From a virus: DNA of 64,000 nt. The translations under genes and the position numbers were made by a program. The stretch lies in the IMG/VR virus record IMGVR_UViG_3300036852_000741, positions 32,001 to 96,000 of that record, one strand, 5' to 3'. Position 1 is the stretch's first letter; every line of letters begins with the position of its first letter. The notes beneath the pieces are model-generated. The model saw only the letters and a program-made list of their open reading frames with translations. It was not told the origin of the DNA and made no database searches. Of the stretch, positions 1 through 8,447 are shown piece after piece.

Positions 1-258
1 CCCGGCACCGTCAAGATCATCCCGGCCGCCGACATCAGCGGTCAGCCCGGCGCCGCGGTCGAGTACCACGGCAAGTGGGCGCCGCTGATCCCGGACGGCA
101 AGCTGGGTCCGATGATGGGCGGCTGCTACGTCGCTACGTCCGACAGCCGGCTGGGCGAGGCGATCGCGAAGCTGCTGGGCACGCGGTTTGCGCCGGGCAT
201 TGCGCCCCTCCATGACAGGACCGAATCCCAGGCCGAGTACGACGCGCTCTCGGTATGA
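1..258 (+). CDS. Phage hypothetical protein, 5'-truncated (GPMMGGCYVATSDSR...PLHDRTE family)
   Basis: Frame 1 open from window start to TGA 256-258; GC3-rich codons; motif recalled from conserved small phage proteins. Confidence 0.7.
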   Translation, partial: PGTVKIIPAADISGQPGAAVEYHGKWAPLIPDGKLGPMMGGCYVATSDSRLGEAIAKLLGTRFAPGIAPLHDRTESQAEYDALSV

Positions 259-491
259 GCGGGCGGGAGGGGCTGGGCGCCCTGATGGATCAGCGGATGC
301 AGTGGCTGCGCGTTGCCGCCGTCGAGAACGAGTACGGCACGTGGGACGTGGTGCTCCGGCTCGACGGCTCCTACGCCGAGGCGGGCGACGCCGAGGGGAT
401 GCTCACCTACTGGCGCGACCAGGTGATGGCCGCGCTCGATGCGGACGGCCTGGATGTCCGGCGACTTCTGCGGGGAGACTGGACCCAGTAG
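255..491 (+). CDS. Hypothetical protein
   Basis: ATGA overlap with previous stop; its TAG stop is the first 3 nt of the palindromic operator. Confidence 0.7.
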   Translation: MSGREGLGALMDQRMQWLRVAAVENEYGTWDVVLRLDGSYAEAGDAEGMLTYWRDQVMAALDADGLDVRRLLRGDWTQ

Positions 492-549
492 CTCACGATG
501 TGTGCTACCATTGGGGTGCGGTCAGAGGGCCGCGACCCGACCAAGGAGG
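489..549 (+). promoter_or_regulatory. Operator/promoter module copy 1
   Basis: TAGCTCACGATGTGTGCTA (489-507), -10 TACCAT, hairpin GCGGTC-AGAG-GGCCGC, CCCGACCAAGGAGG (536-549) before ATG 555. Confidence 0.85.
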
Positions 550-554
550 CCGTG

Positions 555-731
555 ATGGACAGGGCGAGGCAGTGGGCACGGGCGCTCAGCGCGCATCTTT
601 CCCACACCGAGAACTGCACGAGCGCCGCGGCGATCATGGGCGGCGACCTCGCGCACGCGGCCAGCGACTGCCGCAAGTGCGAGGAGACGGCGGGCTACTG
701 GCGCCGCTACTACGCGAAGGCGGCGGCATGA
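555..731 (+). CDS. Small Cys/His-containing hypothetical protein
   Basis: Start chosen after the AAGGAGG RBS; within ORF 498..731. Confidence 0.65.
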   Translation: MDRARQWARALSAHLSHTENCTSAAAIMGGDLAHAASDCRKCEETAGYWRRYYAKAAA

Positions 732-1609
732 GCCGGCTCGACTACGAGGCGATCGCCGCTCTCGACCTGACCGCGATGACTGCGGCCGAGATAGACGCGG
801 CCTGGGAGCCGCTGATGGCTGAGGCGCAGTCGCAGCGTGCGGCGGCGACCCGGTTGCAGGCCACCTACAACGAGGCGGAGCGCCGAGGTCTGGAGTACAC
901 GTACGCCAGCTACCCCGCGGCGGTCGCCCAGGCGCGTGACCGCGCCGAGCGGGCGGAGGCGGCGATGGGGCCCTTCAACGCGGAGTGGGAGCGCCGCGGC
1001 GGCTGGGAGCGCGTTTTCCTGGTCCAGAACCACGACGGCCACTACCACCGCACCACGGCGTGCACGACGTGTTTCGCGACGACGACGTTCGCCTGGGTTC
1101 CCGCGCTCTCGGACAAGTCCGAGGACGAGGTGATCGCCACGGTCGGCTGCATGGCCTGCACGGTCTGCTGGCCGGCGGCTCCCCGCCACCCCAAGTTCGT
1201 GGCGATGGAGGCCGAGCGCGCCGCGGCGGCGAAGGCGAAGGTCGAGGGCGAGTGCGAGGGCTCGGGCCAGGTCGCCGAGAACCTCCAGATGTCCTACGCC
1301 AGCCCCCGCGGGCGCTGCGCGGCGTGCGGACGCACCGTGTCGGTGACCAAGACCGGCAAGGCGCGAGCGCACAAGACGCGCGAGCAGGAGCGCATTGAGG
1401 AGCAGCGCAAGCGTGGCGAGAAGGAGCTACGCAACCTGGGGCGCATCCAGACGCTGGCGGGCAAGGTGGACGCGGCGCTGGACCTGCTCGACGGGGCCGA
1501 CGCTCTCCAGGCGATCCGGCGAGCGTGGCTGGACGAGCGGATCACCACAAACGTGCGTGAGGTCCTGGAGTCGCTGCTCAAGGAACGGCTCCAGGGGGTG
1601 GGGCGGTGA
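728..1609 (+). CDS. Conserved actinophage zinc-binding hypothetical protein
   Basis: MSRLDY start overlapping previous stop; GWERVFLVQNHDGHYH, CTTC, CTVCWP and CxxC motifs. Confidence 0.8.
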   Translation: MSRLDYEAIAALDLTAMTAAEIDAAWEPLMAEAQSQRAAATRLQATYNEAERRGLEYTYASYPAAVAQARDRAERAEAAMGPFNAEWERRGGWERVFLVQNHDGHYHRTTACTTCFATTTFAWVPALSDKSEDEVIATVGCMACTVCWPAAPRHPKFVAMEAERAAAAKAKVEGECEGSGQVAENLQMSYASPRGRCAACGRTVSVTKTGKARAHKTREQERIEEQRKRGEKELRNLGRIQTLAGKVDAALDLLDGADALQAIRRAWLDERITTNVREVLESLLKERLQGVGR

Positions 1610-1840
1610 GCCGCGTCGAGGAGGCGGTCGCGCTGGAGATGGCCAAGCTCGCCCGGGGCGCAGACCAACATCGACGTGGCGGTGGCCGACGGGCGCATCA
1701 GCGAGCACGATGGCGAGGAGCGCAAGGCGCGCGCTGAGCAGTGGACGCTCAACCGAATTGCGTTCATCGAGGGGGCGCCGCGGCCCAGGCAGCGCGAGCA
1801 GCAGCCGCTGGACGATCCGAACGCGGGGGCGGTCGGATGA
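1606..1840 (+). pseudogene. Small ORF with a +1 frameshift in the G-run at 1655-1658 (pseudogene or sequencing error)
   Basis: Removing one G gives a continuous ORF MSRVEEAVALEMAKLARAQTNIDVAVADGRISE...AVG with overlapping start/stop at both ends. Confidence 0.6.
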
Positions 1841-2022
1841 GGGGCTGGCGCGAGCTTCAACCGGGAGACCGTGTGGTTAGCGTCGCTGGCGCGACCGGCA
1901 CGGTCGTCCGGGTCAGCGTGCCCAAGCGCGGTCAGTCCAAGGGGCTGGCCTGGGTGCGCGTGCGCTGGGACAACGGGGCGGAGGGACGAGTGTCGCCGCC
2001 GACGATCGGGGGTCGGGCGTGA
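1837..2022 (+). CDS. Small SH3/KOW-like beta-barrel hypothetical protein
   Basis: LQPGDRVV...GTVV...VRVRWDNG pattern; ATGA coupling. Confidence 0.65.
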   Translation: MRGWRELQPGDRVVSVAGATGTVVRVSVPKRGQSKGLAWVRVRWDNGAEGRVSPPTIGGRA

Positions 2023-2201
2023 AGACCGCGACGTACGTGATCGACTACGCGGCGAAGGGGCAGCCGGGCGTGCAGCCGCGAAGGCTCCACCGCCTGGACT
2101 GCCCCCACTTCTATCCGGGCACGCCGACGAGGCCGGCGACGCCGTTGGAGCGCCAGGCGCTGCCGACGTGCTTCGACTGCGCGATCAACGCCTGGCGGTA
2201 G
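2019..2201 (+). CDS. Small zinc-finger-like protein
   Basis: LHRLDCP...CFDC; stop supplied by the operator TAG. Confidence 0.65.
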   Translation: MKTATYVIDYAAKGQPGVQPRRLHRLDCPHFYPGTPTRPATPLERQALPTCFDCAINAWR

Positions 2202-2265
2202 CTCACATCGTGTGCTACACTGGGTGTGGCCTACAACGTTTGCGGGCCACACACCGAGGGGGAGG
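2199..2265 (+). promoter_or_regulatory. Operator/promoter module copy 2
   Basis: TAGCTCACATCGTGTGCTA (2199-2217), -10 TACACT, stem GTGTGGCC/GGCCACAC, GGAGG RBS. Confidence 0.85.
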
Positions 2266-2269
2266 ACCA

Positions 2270-3178
2270 ATGCCACGAACCATCAGGGCGCTGCTCGTAG
2301 GCGCCTTCTTACTGGCGCTCTGCGGAACCGCGCAGGCCGCCACCATCAGCTACCACACCGACGACGGGGCGGTCAGCACAGACTGCTCCACGCGACACTG
2401 CGTGCCTGCCGGAGTGGCCGTCCACTTCGAGGTGGCCACCACTGCCTCCGATGATCGGATCACCTGGGATGCCGGTACCGGGTTGACCGGGGTCGGCCGC
2501 ACGGTGGACTTCACCTTCCAGCCGGGGCAGTACCGGGTGGCGGTGAGGATTGCCAGTAGCTCGGGGGGGATGCCTCCTGACACTGGGGTCATCTACCTGG
2601 ACGCGCTGGCACCGCCGCCGCCCCCACCGCCGCCCGCTGAGCCGGTTGCAGAGGCGCCATCGGCAGCGCAGCCGACACCGTGCCAGGAGGTGCACCCGGC
2701 CATCTCGATCAACGGCGGGGCGTTGTTCACCAACACCCTGGCGGTGACGATCGCGGTCCAGAAGGAGTGCGCGGACACCACGACCGTGCTCTCCAACGAC
2801 GGCGGGTTCGCCCAGGCATCCCCGTTCACGGACGCAGCCATCCCGTGGACGCTCAGCGAGGTGGGCCCGGCAGACAGCGTGAGCAGGACGGTCTACGCGC
2901 GCGTCGGCCCCTTCCAGGTCACCGACGACATCATCCTGGACAACGTGGCCCCGCAGCCCACGTCGGCCACCACCGACACGGGGACGGCGAACGCCGCGAG
3001 CATCGGGCGGCTGAGCCGGACCTTCCGCAAGGGGCACCTGCGGATCAGGGTGCGCGACAACGCCTCGGGTCCCAGGAGCGTCCGGGTCCGTCACGCCAGG
3101 CACGGGGTGCGCGTGCAGGCGGTGGACTACGCCGGCAACGTGAGCCGGTGGAAGCTGCTGCGCGTCAAGCGCAGGTAG
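2270..3178 (+). CDS. Secreted PKD/Ig-like domain protein with Pro-rich linker
   Basis: Signal peptide MPRTIRALLVGAFLLALCGTAQA; PKD-like WDAG...FTFQPGQYRV; poly-Pro; SINGGALFTN...LSNDGGF...TDDIILD domain. Confidence 0.75.
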   Translation: MPRTIRALLVGAFLLALCGTAQAATISYHTDDGAVSTDCSTRHCVPAGVAVHFEVATTASDDRITWDAGTGLTGVGRTVDFTFQPGQYRVAVRIASSSGGMPPDTGVIYLDALAPPPPPPPPAEPVAEAPSAAQPTPCQEVHPAISINGGALFTNTLAVTIAVQKECADTTTVLSNDGGFAQASPFTDAAIPWTLSEVGPADSVSRTVYARVGPFQVTDDIILDNVAPQPTSATTDTGTANAASIGRLSRTFRKGHLRIRVRDNASGPRSVRVRHARHGVRVQAVDYAGNVSRWKLLRVKRR

Positions 3179-3207
3179 CTCGCGCTGGGGGGGCGTGAGC
3201 TAGGGCG

Positions 3208-3238
3208 AGGGGCCGTCTTCGGGCGGCCCTTTTCTCTT
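3208..3238 (+). terminator. Intrinsic terminator
   Basis: GGGCCGTC-TTCG-GGCGGCCC followed by TTTTCTCTT. Confidence 0.8.
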
Positions 3239-3261
3239 GGCCGACCCGCCGCGCCCAGCCC

Positions 3262-3330
3262 TTGCGATAGCTCACATCGTGTGCTACCGTCTCTGCACGG
3301 TCCAATTCGGATCGTATCCCGACCAAGGAG
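3262..3330 (+). promoter_or_regulatory. Operator/promoter module copy 3
   Basis: -35 TTGCGA (3262-3267), 17-bp spacer filled by TAGCTCACATCGTGTGCTA (3268-3286), -10 TACCGT, CCCGACCAAGGAG (3318-3330). Confidence 0.9.
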
Positions 3331-3337
3331 TAATCCC

Positions 3338-3676
3338 ATGGAAGCAACCACCCACGAGGCGCCTGCTGCGCCGCAGCAGGTCATCCATGTCACGACCGTC
3401 GGCAAGCAGACGAGCGGCATGGCCATCACCGGGTTCATCCTGAGCCTGGTGGGCATCTCGGCGCTCGGCGTGATCTTCAGCGCCATCGCCCTGCCCAAGA
3501 CCAAGACCGAGATGGGCGGGCGGGGCCTGGCTATCGCCGGGCTCGTCCTCGGCATCCTCGGCAGCATCGGCTGGGTCCTGATGCTGGCGGGCGCCTTCGC
3601 GGGCGCGGAGGCCCTGGACTCCTACAGCAGGTGCATGGATGCCGCCCAGACCCTGAGCGAGATGGGCGCGTGCTGA
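3338..3676 (+). CDS. DUF4190-like membrane protein
   Basis: TSGMAITGFILSLVG...GGRGLAIAGLVLG, two TM helices typical of actinobacterial DUF4190. Confidence 0.8.
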   Translation: MEATTHEAPAAPQQVIHVTTVGKQTSGMAITGFILSLVGISALGVIFSAIALPKTKTEMGGRGLAIAGLVLGILGSIGWVLMLAGAFAGAEALDSYSRCMDAAQTLSEMGAC

Positions 3677-3810
3677 TGGCCGAGGAGAGGCTGCTGCTGG
3701 GCCTCGTCGTGATGGTGCTCGCGGTCGTGTTCGCGGTACTCATGGCCGGTGCGGTCACTGAGGACGTGCGCCACGTTCGCGAGACGCTCGCGGCGGCTGG
3801 ACTGCTCTAG
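3676..3810 (+). CDS. 44-aa single-pass membrane peptide
   Basis: Hand translation MAEERLLLGLVVMVLAVVFAVLMAGAVTEDVRHVRETLAAAGLL; TGATG coupling. Confidence 0.6.
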   Translation: MAEERLLLGLVVMVLAVVFAVLMAGAVTEDVRHVRETLAAAGLL

Positions 3811-3927
3811 CCGGCTGGCTGTGCGGGGCGCCTTCTGGGCGCCCCCGACGCGAGCGCTCGCCTGATCGGCGGGCGCTGGCGCCGGGTCGCGTGGCTCGGA
3901 ACCATCACCTCGAAGGGGGACACTCAC

Positions 3928-4422
3928 ATGCAGTTCAAGCAGATCATGGTGCTGGCCGCAGTAGCCAGCATCGCCGGGACCGGCACGGCTGTTGCCGGCT
4001 CGGCCTACGTCACGGGGCGCGACATCAAGAACGGCACCGTGACGGGCAGGGACATCAAGGATCGCTCACTCAGCCCGCGCGATTTCAACGGTTCCGTCCA
4101 GGGACCGCAGGGAGCCCAGGGAGTCCAGGGAGCCCAGGGAGCCCAGGGACCGGCGGGGGCCGCAGGTTCCCAGGGTCCGGCGGGCAGCTTCTCGGACATC
4201 CAGCGCATCACGCAGACGCAGAGCGTGGCGCCCGGCCAGGCGGTCACCATCGTCGCCCAGTGCTCCGCCGGATACAAGGTCGTTGGCGGCGGCTTCTACA
4301 GCGCCAACATCACCTTCGCCAGCGACTCGTTTGGCACCACGACGGCGTGGAAGGTGATCGCTGGCAACCCGAGCAGCACCACCAGCTACGACGCGACCGC
4401 TATCGCGTACTGCGTCCGATGA
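3928..4422 (+). CDS. Secreted collagen-like (GXQ repeat) protein
   Basis: Signal peptide, VTGRDIKNGTVTGRDIK, GPQGAQGVQGAQ repeats, C-terminal CSAGYKVVGGG...AYC domain. Confidence 0.85.
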   Translation: MQFKQIMVLAAVASIAGTGTAVAGSAYVTGRDIKNGTVTGRDIKDRSLSPRDFNGSVQGPQGAQGVQGAQGAQGPAGAAGSQGPAGSFSDIQRITQTQSVAPGQAVTIVAQCSAGYKVVGGGFYSANITFASDSFGTTTAWKVIAGNPSSTTSYDATAIAYCVR

Positions 4423-4610
4423 GGCGCCCGGCGATGACTCGGGCGGTCCTCGCGAGCATGGCTGTGGTCCTGCTCGCGACGGGCCTCGCCCTTCCCGAGA
4501 GCGGCGGCAAGATGAAGCCGCTGCTTGAGAGGCACGGCAACATCGGGGCCATCGGATGCGTCCACTTGGCGCCCGACCATGCCGGACCCACGTGGCCGAG
4601 ATGTCCTTGA
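4419..4610 (+). CDS. Small secreted peptide A (shared leader)
   Basis: MRRPAMTRAVLASMAVVLLATGLALPESGGKMKPLLE plus Cys-containing tail. Confidence 0.6.
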   Translation: MRRPAMTRAVLASMAVVLLATGLALPESGGKMKPLLERHGNIGAIGCVHLAPDHAGPTWPRCP

Positions 4611-4717
4611 GGCGCCGGGCGATGACACTGGCGGTCCTCGTGAGCATGGCCGTGACCATGCTTGCGACGGCGGTGGCGGTGCCCGAGGACGGCGGCAAGA
4701 TGAAGCCGCTGTTTGAG
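4419..4717 (+). repeat. 111-nt imperfect direct repeat (4419-4529 and 4607-4717)
   Basis: Colinear, ungapped; includes identical GGCGGCAAGATGAAGCCGCTG. Confidence 0.9.
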
Positions 4718-4873
4718 GCGCAGCGCGCGTACGAGCGTTGCGTGCAGATCGGCGTGACGATCCCCGGTAGCAGTCAGCGCTGGAACGCGACGCCGGAGTG
4801 TCGAGCGGCGGCACTCAGCGACCTGGCAGGCCGGCGCGCGACGCGGGACTTCCTGCGCAAGATCACTCAGTAG
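4607..4873 (+). CDS. Small secreted peptide B (shared leader)
   Basis: LRRRAMTLAVLVSMAVTMLATAVAVPEDGGKMKPLFE plus a different Cys-containing tail; ATG 4601 is an alternative start. Confidence 0.65.
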   Translation: MRRRAMTLAVLVSMAVTMLATAVAVPEDGGKMKPLFEAQRAYERCVQIGVTIPGSSQRWNATPECRAAALSDLAGRRATRDFLRKITQ

Positions 4874-4920
4874 GAGCCCCGGCGCCTCCCTTGTCGCAAG
4901 GCTTGGGGGGCGCCGTGCGT

Positions 4921-4961
4921 TGGCTCACGATGTGTGTTAGCCTTGGGGCCCGACCAGGAGG
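4921..4961 (+). promoter_or_regulatory. Operator/promoter module copy 4
   Basis: TGGCTCACGATGTGTGTTA, -10 TAGCCT, CCCGACCAGGAGG. Confidence 0.8.
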
Positions 4962-4966
4962 ACAGA

Positions 4967-5161
4967 ATGCTCTACAACGGCACCGCTACCGACGTGCTGA
5001 CCAAGCGCCCGGTCTGCGACATGTGCGGCAACCGACCGGCGGCGATCGACGGCAAGGTCAAGTACGCCACCGCCTGGGCGTACATGTGCATCCCGTGCTG
5101 GGAGCAGCACGGCGTCGGGCTTGGCGTCGGGCTCGGCCAGCGACTGCTGATCGACCCATGA
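4967..5161 (+). CDS. Conserved small phage zinc-binding protein
   Basis: CDMC...DGK...WAYMCIPC...GVGLGVGLGQ signature. Confidence 0.85.
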   Translation: MLYNGTATDVLTKRPVCDMCGNRPAAIDGKVKYATAWAYMCIPCWEQHGVGLGVGLGQRLLIDP

Positions 5162-5391
5162 GCTACGTCGTCGTGCTTTGGCGGATCGGCGTCGAGGGAA
5201 CCGACGTGGCCTACCACGACGTGATCGTCGGGCCGTTTAGGAGCGAGGAGCGCGCGGAGGAGGTCGCTGCTCGCATCTCTAGGCGTGCGGCGAAATGCGG
5301 CGATGACGTGACCGTCACGGTGAGGCCGATCGCGCCCGCGGGCATCGCTGCCATTGATGCGCTGGAGTGGTTCTCCGAGACGGCCGGATGA
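5158..5391 (+). CDS. Hypothetical protein
   Basis: ATGA coupling; IVGPFRSEERAEE motif. Confidence 0.7.
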   Translation: MSYVVVLWRIGVEGTDVAYHDVIVGPFRSEERAEEVAARISRRAAKCGDDVTVTVRPIAPAGIAAIDALEWFSETAG

Positions 5392-5858
5392 CCGGCTACG
5401 TGATCTTCGAGCGTGACTCTGAGCGGCGCCTAGCGGCGGCGTGGAATGCGGTTGAGGCGGAGGGCAAGGCGCGGGCGCTGGAGGCTGCCGGTCATGCGGT
5501 CGGCATCGCTACCGTCGAGGTGAGCGACGGGGCGCTCCGGGCGGCCCGTCGTCCCAGGCCGCAGGTGCCCTACGGTTACCGTCTGCGCACTCGATCGCCG
5601 CTGGCGCGCAGCACGATGGCCAAGCCGTGGCGTCGGCAGTGGGTGTGGGCGCTTCGCGACATCGCCGCAGCCGGCGATTGGACGACCTGGGGGCACGGGC
5701 ATCTCACGGCGCCGATCCAGAACGCGCTGGAGGCGCGTGGCGCCATCCTGGTGGCGGTGCCGGCGCGCGGGCGGGGGCGCTATCTGTTCAAGGCGACCGA
5801 ACACGGGCGTGCGCTGCTCGCGGAGCGCGCTGCCGGGCGCCTGCGAATCGACGGGTGA
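5388..5858 (+). CDS. Hypothetical protein, possible C-terminal winged helix
   Basis: ALEARGAIL...LFKATEHGRALL wing pattern. Confidence 0.6.
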   Translation: MTGYVIFERDSERRLAAAWNAVEAEGKARALEAAGHAVGIATVEVSDGALRAARRPRPQVPYGYRLRTRSPLARSTMAKPWRRQWVWALRDIAAAGDWTTWGHGHLTAPIQNALEARGAILVAVPARGRGRYLFKATEHGRALLAERAAGRLRIDG

Positions 5859-5860
5859 CC

Positions 5861-5922
5861 TAGCTCACGATGTGTGCTATCCTTGGGGTGGTGCTGAGAG
5901 GCACGATTCCCGACCAAGGAGG
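5861..5922 (+). promoter_or_regulatory. Operator/promoter module copy 5
   Basis: TAGCTCACGATGTGTGCTA, -10 TATCCT, CCCGACCAAGGAGG (5909-5922). Confidence 0.9.
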
Positions 5923-5931
5923 CAAGGTCCA

Positions 5932-6150
5932 GTGGAGAAGGTCATCACCGTGCGCCGCTCGCGGCGGACCGGGACGACTGTCGCGCTGATCGACAACCGC
6001 GATGAGTCCTTCGACGTGGGCGGTCTGCCGTGGATCACGCTCTGCGAGGACCACGGCAACTACTGCGAGCACGAGACGCGCAAGCTCGCGGAGAGTCACG
6101 CGCCTGAGCCCGACCAGTGGTGCGCGGGCTGTCAGGGGGGCGAGGCATGA
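5932..6150 (+). CDS. Small phage protein (CEDH...WCAGC)
   Basis: GTG start after RBS; Cys/His ligands. Confidence 0.75.
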   Translation: MEKVITVRRSRRTGTTVALIDNRDESFDVGGLPWITLCEDHGNYCEHETRKLAESHAPEPDQWCAGCQGGEA

Positions 6151-6488
6151 CAAAGCTCATCAAGGACCTGCCCAACGCCAACATGCTGGTCGAACTCTCC
6201 GGCGGCGGTGAGGCCACGCTGTCGCGCATGGATGGCAGGTGGGCGGTGGCGCGCCGGGACTACTACACCGGCGCTTTCCTGATGGCCACCAGCGGTGATC
6301 GCCGGGCGGCGCGCAGGACCGTCGAGGCGTGGGCCAACGGCGAGGGCCGCGCGGAACTGGACAGGCGCTTCCGTGCCAACCGCATCGCCTACAACAAGCG
6401 CCGGATCGAGGAGCTACAGCGCAACCTGCGCGATCGCGAGGCGAAGCTCGCCAGGCTCATCGAGGAGGAGGAAGGCGCTGATGTATGA
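6147..6488 (+). CDS. Hypothetical protein with C-terminal coiled coil
   Basis: ATGA coupling, codon usage. Confidence 0.7.
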   Translation: MTKLIKDLPNANMLVELSGGGEATLSRMDGRWAVARRDYYTGAFLMATSGDRRAARRTVEAWANGEGRAELDRRFRANRIAYNKRRIEELQRNLRDREAKLARLIEEEEGADV

Positions 6489-6510
6489 CCCCGACCAAGG
6501 AGGCAGTGAG

Positions 6511-6813
6511 ATGACGACCACGCTGAATGCCACCGAGCGTGGCGTGATGGACGCGCTGATCGCCTGGTGCGAGGCGAACCCTCGCAGCGCCGCGCGGATC
6601 GTCTGGGCGGATGGCCGTAGGCACACCGGCTACCTGACGGTGACCCGCCTCAGCGATGGGCGGGTCTCCGTGAGCGTGCGCAACTCCGATCGTCTGCACG
6701 GCCAGTATCGAACCGTGAGCGATTGGATGCTTGCGGGCGAGCAGTTGCAGATCAAGGTGGGCGCTCGCTATCGCCCTGCCCCGGAGGTCATTCTAGCTCA
6801 CGATGTGTGCTAA
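6511..6813 (+). CDS. Hypothetical protein
   Basis: Preceded by CCCGACCAAGGAGG (6490-6503) without an operator; reads through the next operator (LAHDVC). Confidence 0.7.
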   Translation: MTTTLNATERGVMDALIAWCEANPRSAARIVWADGRRHTGYLTVTRLSDGRVSVSVRNSDRLHGQYRTVSDWMLAGEQLQIKVGARYRPAPEVILAHDVC

Positions 6814-6846
6814 GCTGTAGGTAGGCAAGAACCCCGACCAAGGAGG
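6794..6846 (+). promoter_or_regulatory. Operator/promoter module copy 6
   Basis: TAGCTCACGATGTGTGCTA, -10 TAAGCT, CCCGACCAAGGAGG (6833-6846). Confidence 0.9.
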
Positions 6847-6852
6847 CAAGCG

Positions 6853-7428
6853 ATGGACTATTCGACTCTCGACCTGCGCTTCGGCCACACGAGCGCGGAG
6901 ACCGCCCTGGCGGTCGAGGACTATCCGTACGGTTTCCATCTGCGGACGACGATCCGCTACTGGATCGAGTCGAAGGCCAAGCATGGCGACCGGCTCGTCT
7001 CGCAGACCCTGAATCCGAAGACGGGCCGCTGGAACAAGCCCAAGGCTGGGACGTACTCCACGCTCCAGGTCCTCTACGTCAACGAGGAGGGGCACGTCAA
7101 GACGGTCGGCCTGGGCACCTGGCCCGACGAGGATCAGATTGCCCGCTTCTGTGCGGCGGTCGGCGCCGAGCGGCTCAACGAGGTCCAGAAGCGCGAGCTT
7201 GCCGGCCTGATCGGGCGCACCCGGGTCTTCAAGCACGTGACCTGGAAGGCCGAGGGGCAGGGCACCTACAACCTCTCCGAGCCCGGCGAGCTTGAGCGCA
7301 TGAAGGCCGACGACGAGGCACGCAAGGACAAGGATGCCGAGCAGGCGGCGATCATGGAGCGCATCTGGAGGGCGTGTGCGGTCGAGGCCAGCCAGGCGCA
7401 TGAGGCGCTGACCGGAGGCGAGTCGTGA
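6853..7428 (+). CDS. Conserved phage hypothetical protein (DYPYGF...RYWIE...WNKPK family)
   Basis: Strong RBS; recognisable conserved motif. Confidence 0.85.
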   Translation: MDYSTLDLRFGHTSAETALAVEDYPYGFHLRTTIRYWIESKAKHGDRLVSQTLNPKTGRWNKPKAGTYSTLQVLYVNEEGHVKTVGLGTWPDEDQIARFCAAVGAERLNEVQKRELAGLIGRTRVFKHVTWKAEGQGTYNLSEPGELERMKADDEARKDKDAEQAAIMERIWRACAVEASQAHEALTGGES

Positions 7429-7607
7429 GCGTGAAGACCAGCGCCACCCGCTTCCACGCCGACGACGGACGACTGCTCGCCAGCGTCATCCGCATGGGCA
7501 ACTACCGCGTTCGGCTGTACGGCCCGGACGAGCAGGTCATCGAATACAGCGAATGGGCCACCAGGGACGCGGCCTTCAACGTCGCACGCCGCTACGCGCG
7601 CACGTAG
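7425..7607 (+). CDS. Hypothetical protein
   Basis: GTGA coupling. Confidence 0.6.
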   Translation: MSVKTSATRFHADDGRLLASVIRMGNYRVRLYGPDEQVIEYSEWATRDAAFNVARRYART

Positions 7608-7633
7608 GACTAGAGCGTCGCCCAGCCTGGCGT

Positions 7634-7656
7634 CCGCTCACAATGTGGGCTAGTAT
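7634..7656 (+). promoter_or_regulatory. Variant operator upstream of wHTH regulator
   Basis: CCGCTCACAATGTGGGCTA with -10 TAGTAT. Confidence 0.7.
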
Positions 7657-7719
7657 CCGAAGTCGGGTTCCCGGCCAGAGGTAGACCGTATGCGGGCCTG
7701 GTTCCCGGAGGGAGAATCA

Positions 7720-8238
7720 ATGGCCAGGGTGCCAGTAGTGCCGAAGATGACGCCGGGGGCGGCCACGGCCACTCTCGTGCGTTCGCTAGAGCAAGCCCGC
7801 CGCGAGGTGGAGCGCCGCCGCGATGCCGTGCTGAACGAGATGAACCGCGAGATTCGAGCGCTCGACCGGGCGGTGAGGATTCTCCGGGGCGAGCGCCCGC
7901 TCGCAGACAAGTCCGATCCGGTGAAGATCGCCGGTCGCAAGAACGTCGAGGCGGTCCGCGAGTACCTGTGCCAGCGAGAGGCGGCCAGCCAGGCGGCCAT
8001 CGGCAAGGCGTTGGACCTCAACAGCGGCACGCTGTCCTGGGTGATGAAGGCCCTCCAGGAGGAGGGCAGCGTCAAGCCGACAGGCCGTGAGGGGCGCTCG
8101 CGTGTGTGGAGCTACATCGGCTTGCCGGTGGTCCTCAAGGGCGGAGGCGCGGAGGGGAGCGCGACGGGAAGCGGGGAGCGTGACTCCCGTCCTAGTGCGC
8201 AGGGCGTGAGCCGGCCGGGCCGCCGCCGGGCCAGCTAG
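7720..8238 (+). CDS. Coiled-coil plus winged-HTH DNA-binding protein (candidate operator-binding regulator)
   Basis: SQAAIGKALDLNSGTLSWVMKALQEEGSV...RVWSY MarR-like wHTH; GGAG RBS. Confidence 0.8.
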   Translation: MARVPVVPKMTPGAATATLVRSLEQARREVERRRDAVLNEMNREIRALDRAVRILRGERPLADKSDPVKIAGRKNVEAVREYLCQREAASQAAIGKALDLNSGTLSWVMKALQEEGSVKPTGREGRSRVWSYIGLPVVLKGGGAEGSATGSGERDSRPSAQGVSRPGRRRAS

Positions 8239-8249
8239 AGTCCGGCGGC

Positions 8250-8447
8250 GTGGAGGACTCCGAGGTAGCCGCGCTCGTCCGCGAGGTCGCCGCAAGACGT
8301 GAGCAAGTCCTCGCCCTGGGGCGCGAGCGGGACTGGTACCGCGAGCGCTACGATCGTGCGCTTGCCCTGCTGCTGCGCATCGAGCGCTGCGATGCCTGGG
8401 GGCCGCTGGTACGCGAGTGGCTGTGTGCTGAGGAGGCGCTGTCGTGA
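8250..8447 (+). CDS. Small coiled-coil protein
   Basis: ORF track, codon usage. Confidence 0.55.
   Translation: MEDSEVAALVREVAARREQVLALGRERDWYRERYDRALALLLRIERCDAWGPLVREWLCAEEALS

Noticed and set aside
188-727. Long upstream extensions given by the ORF track (e.g. 188, 1871, 11867, 59215)
   Set aside because: They run across promoter modules or other genes; RBS-supported or coupled starts lie downstream (728, 2270, 11912, 59512).
3676-3810. Flp pilin
   Set aside because: Size and hydrophobicity fit, but the G|xxxxEY prepilin motif is missing.
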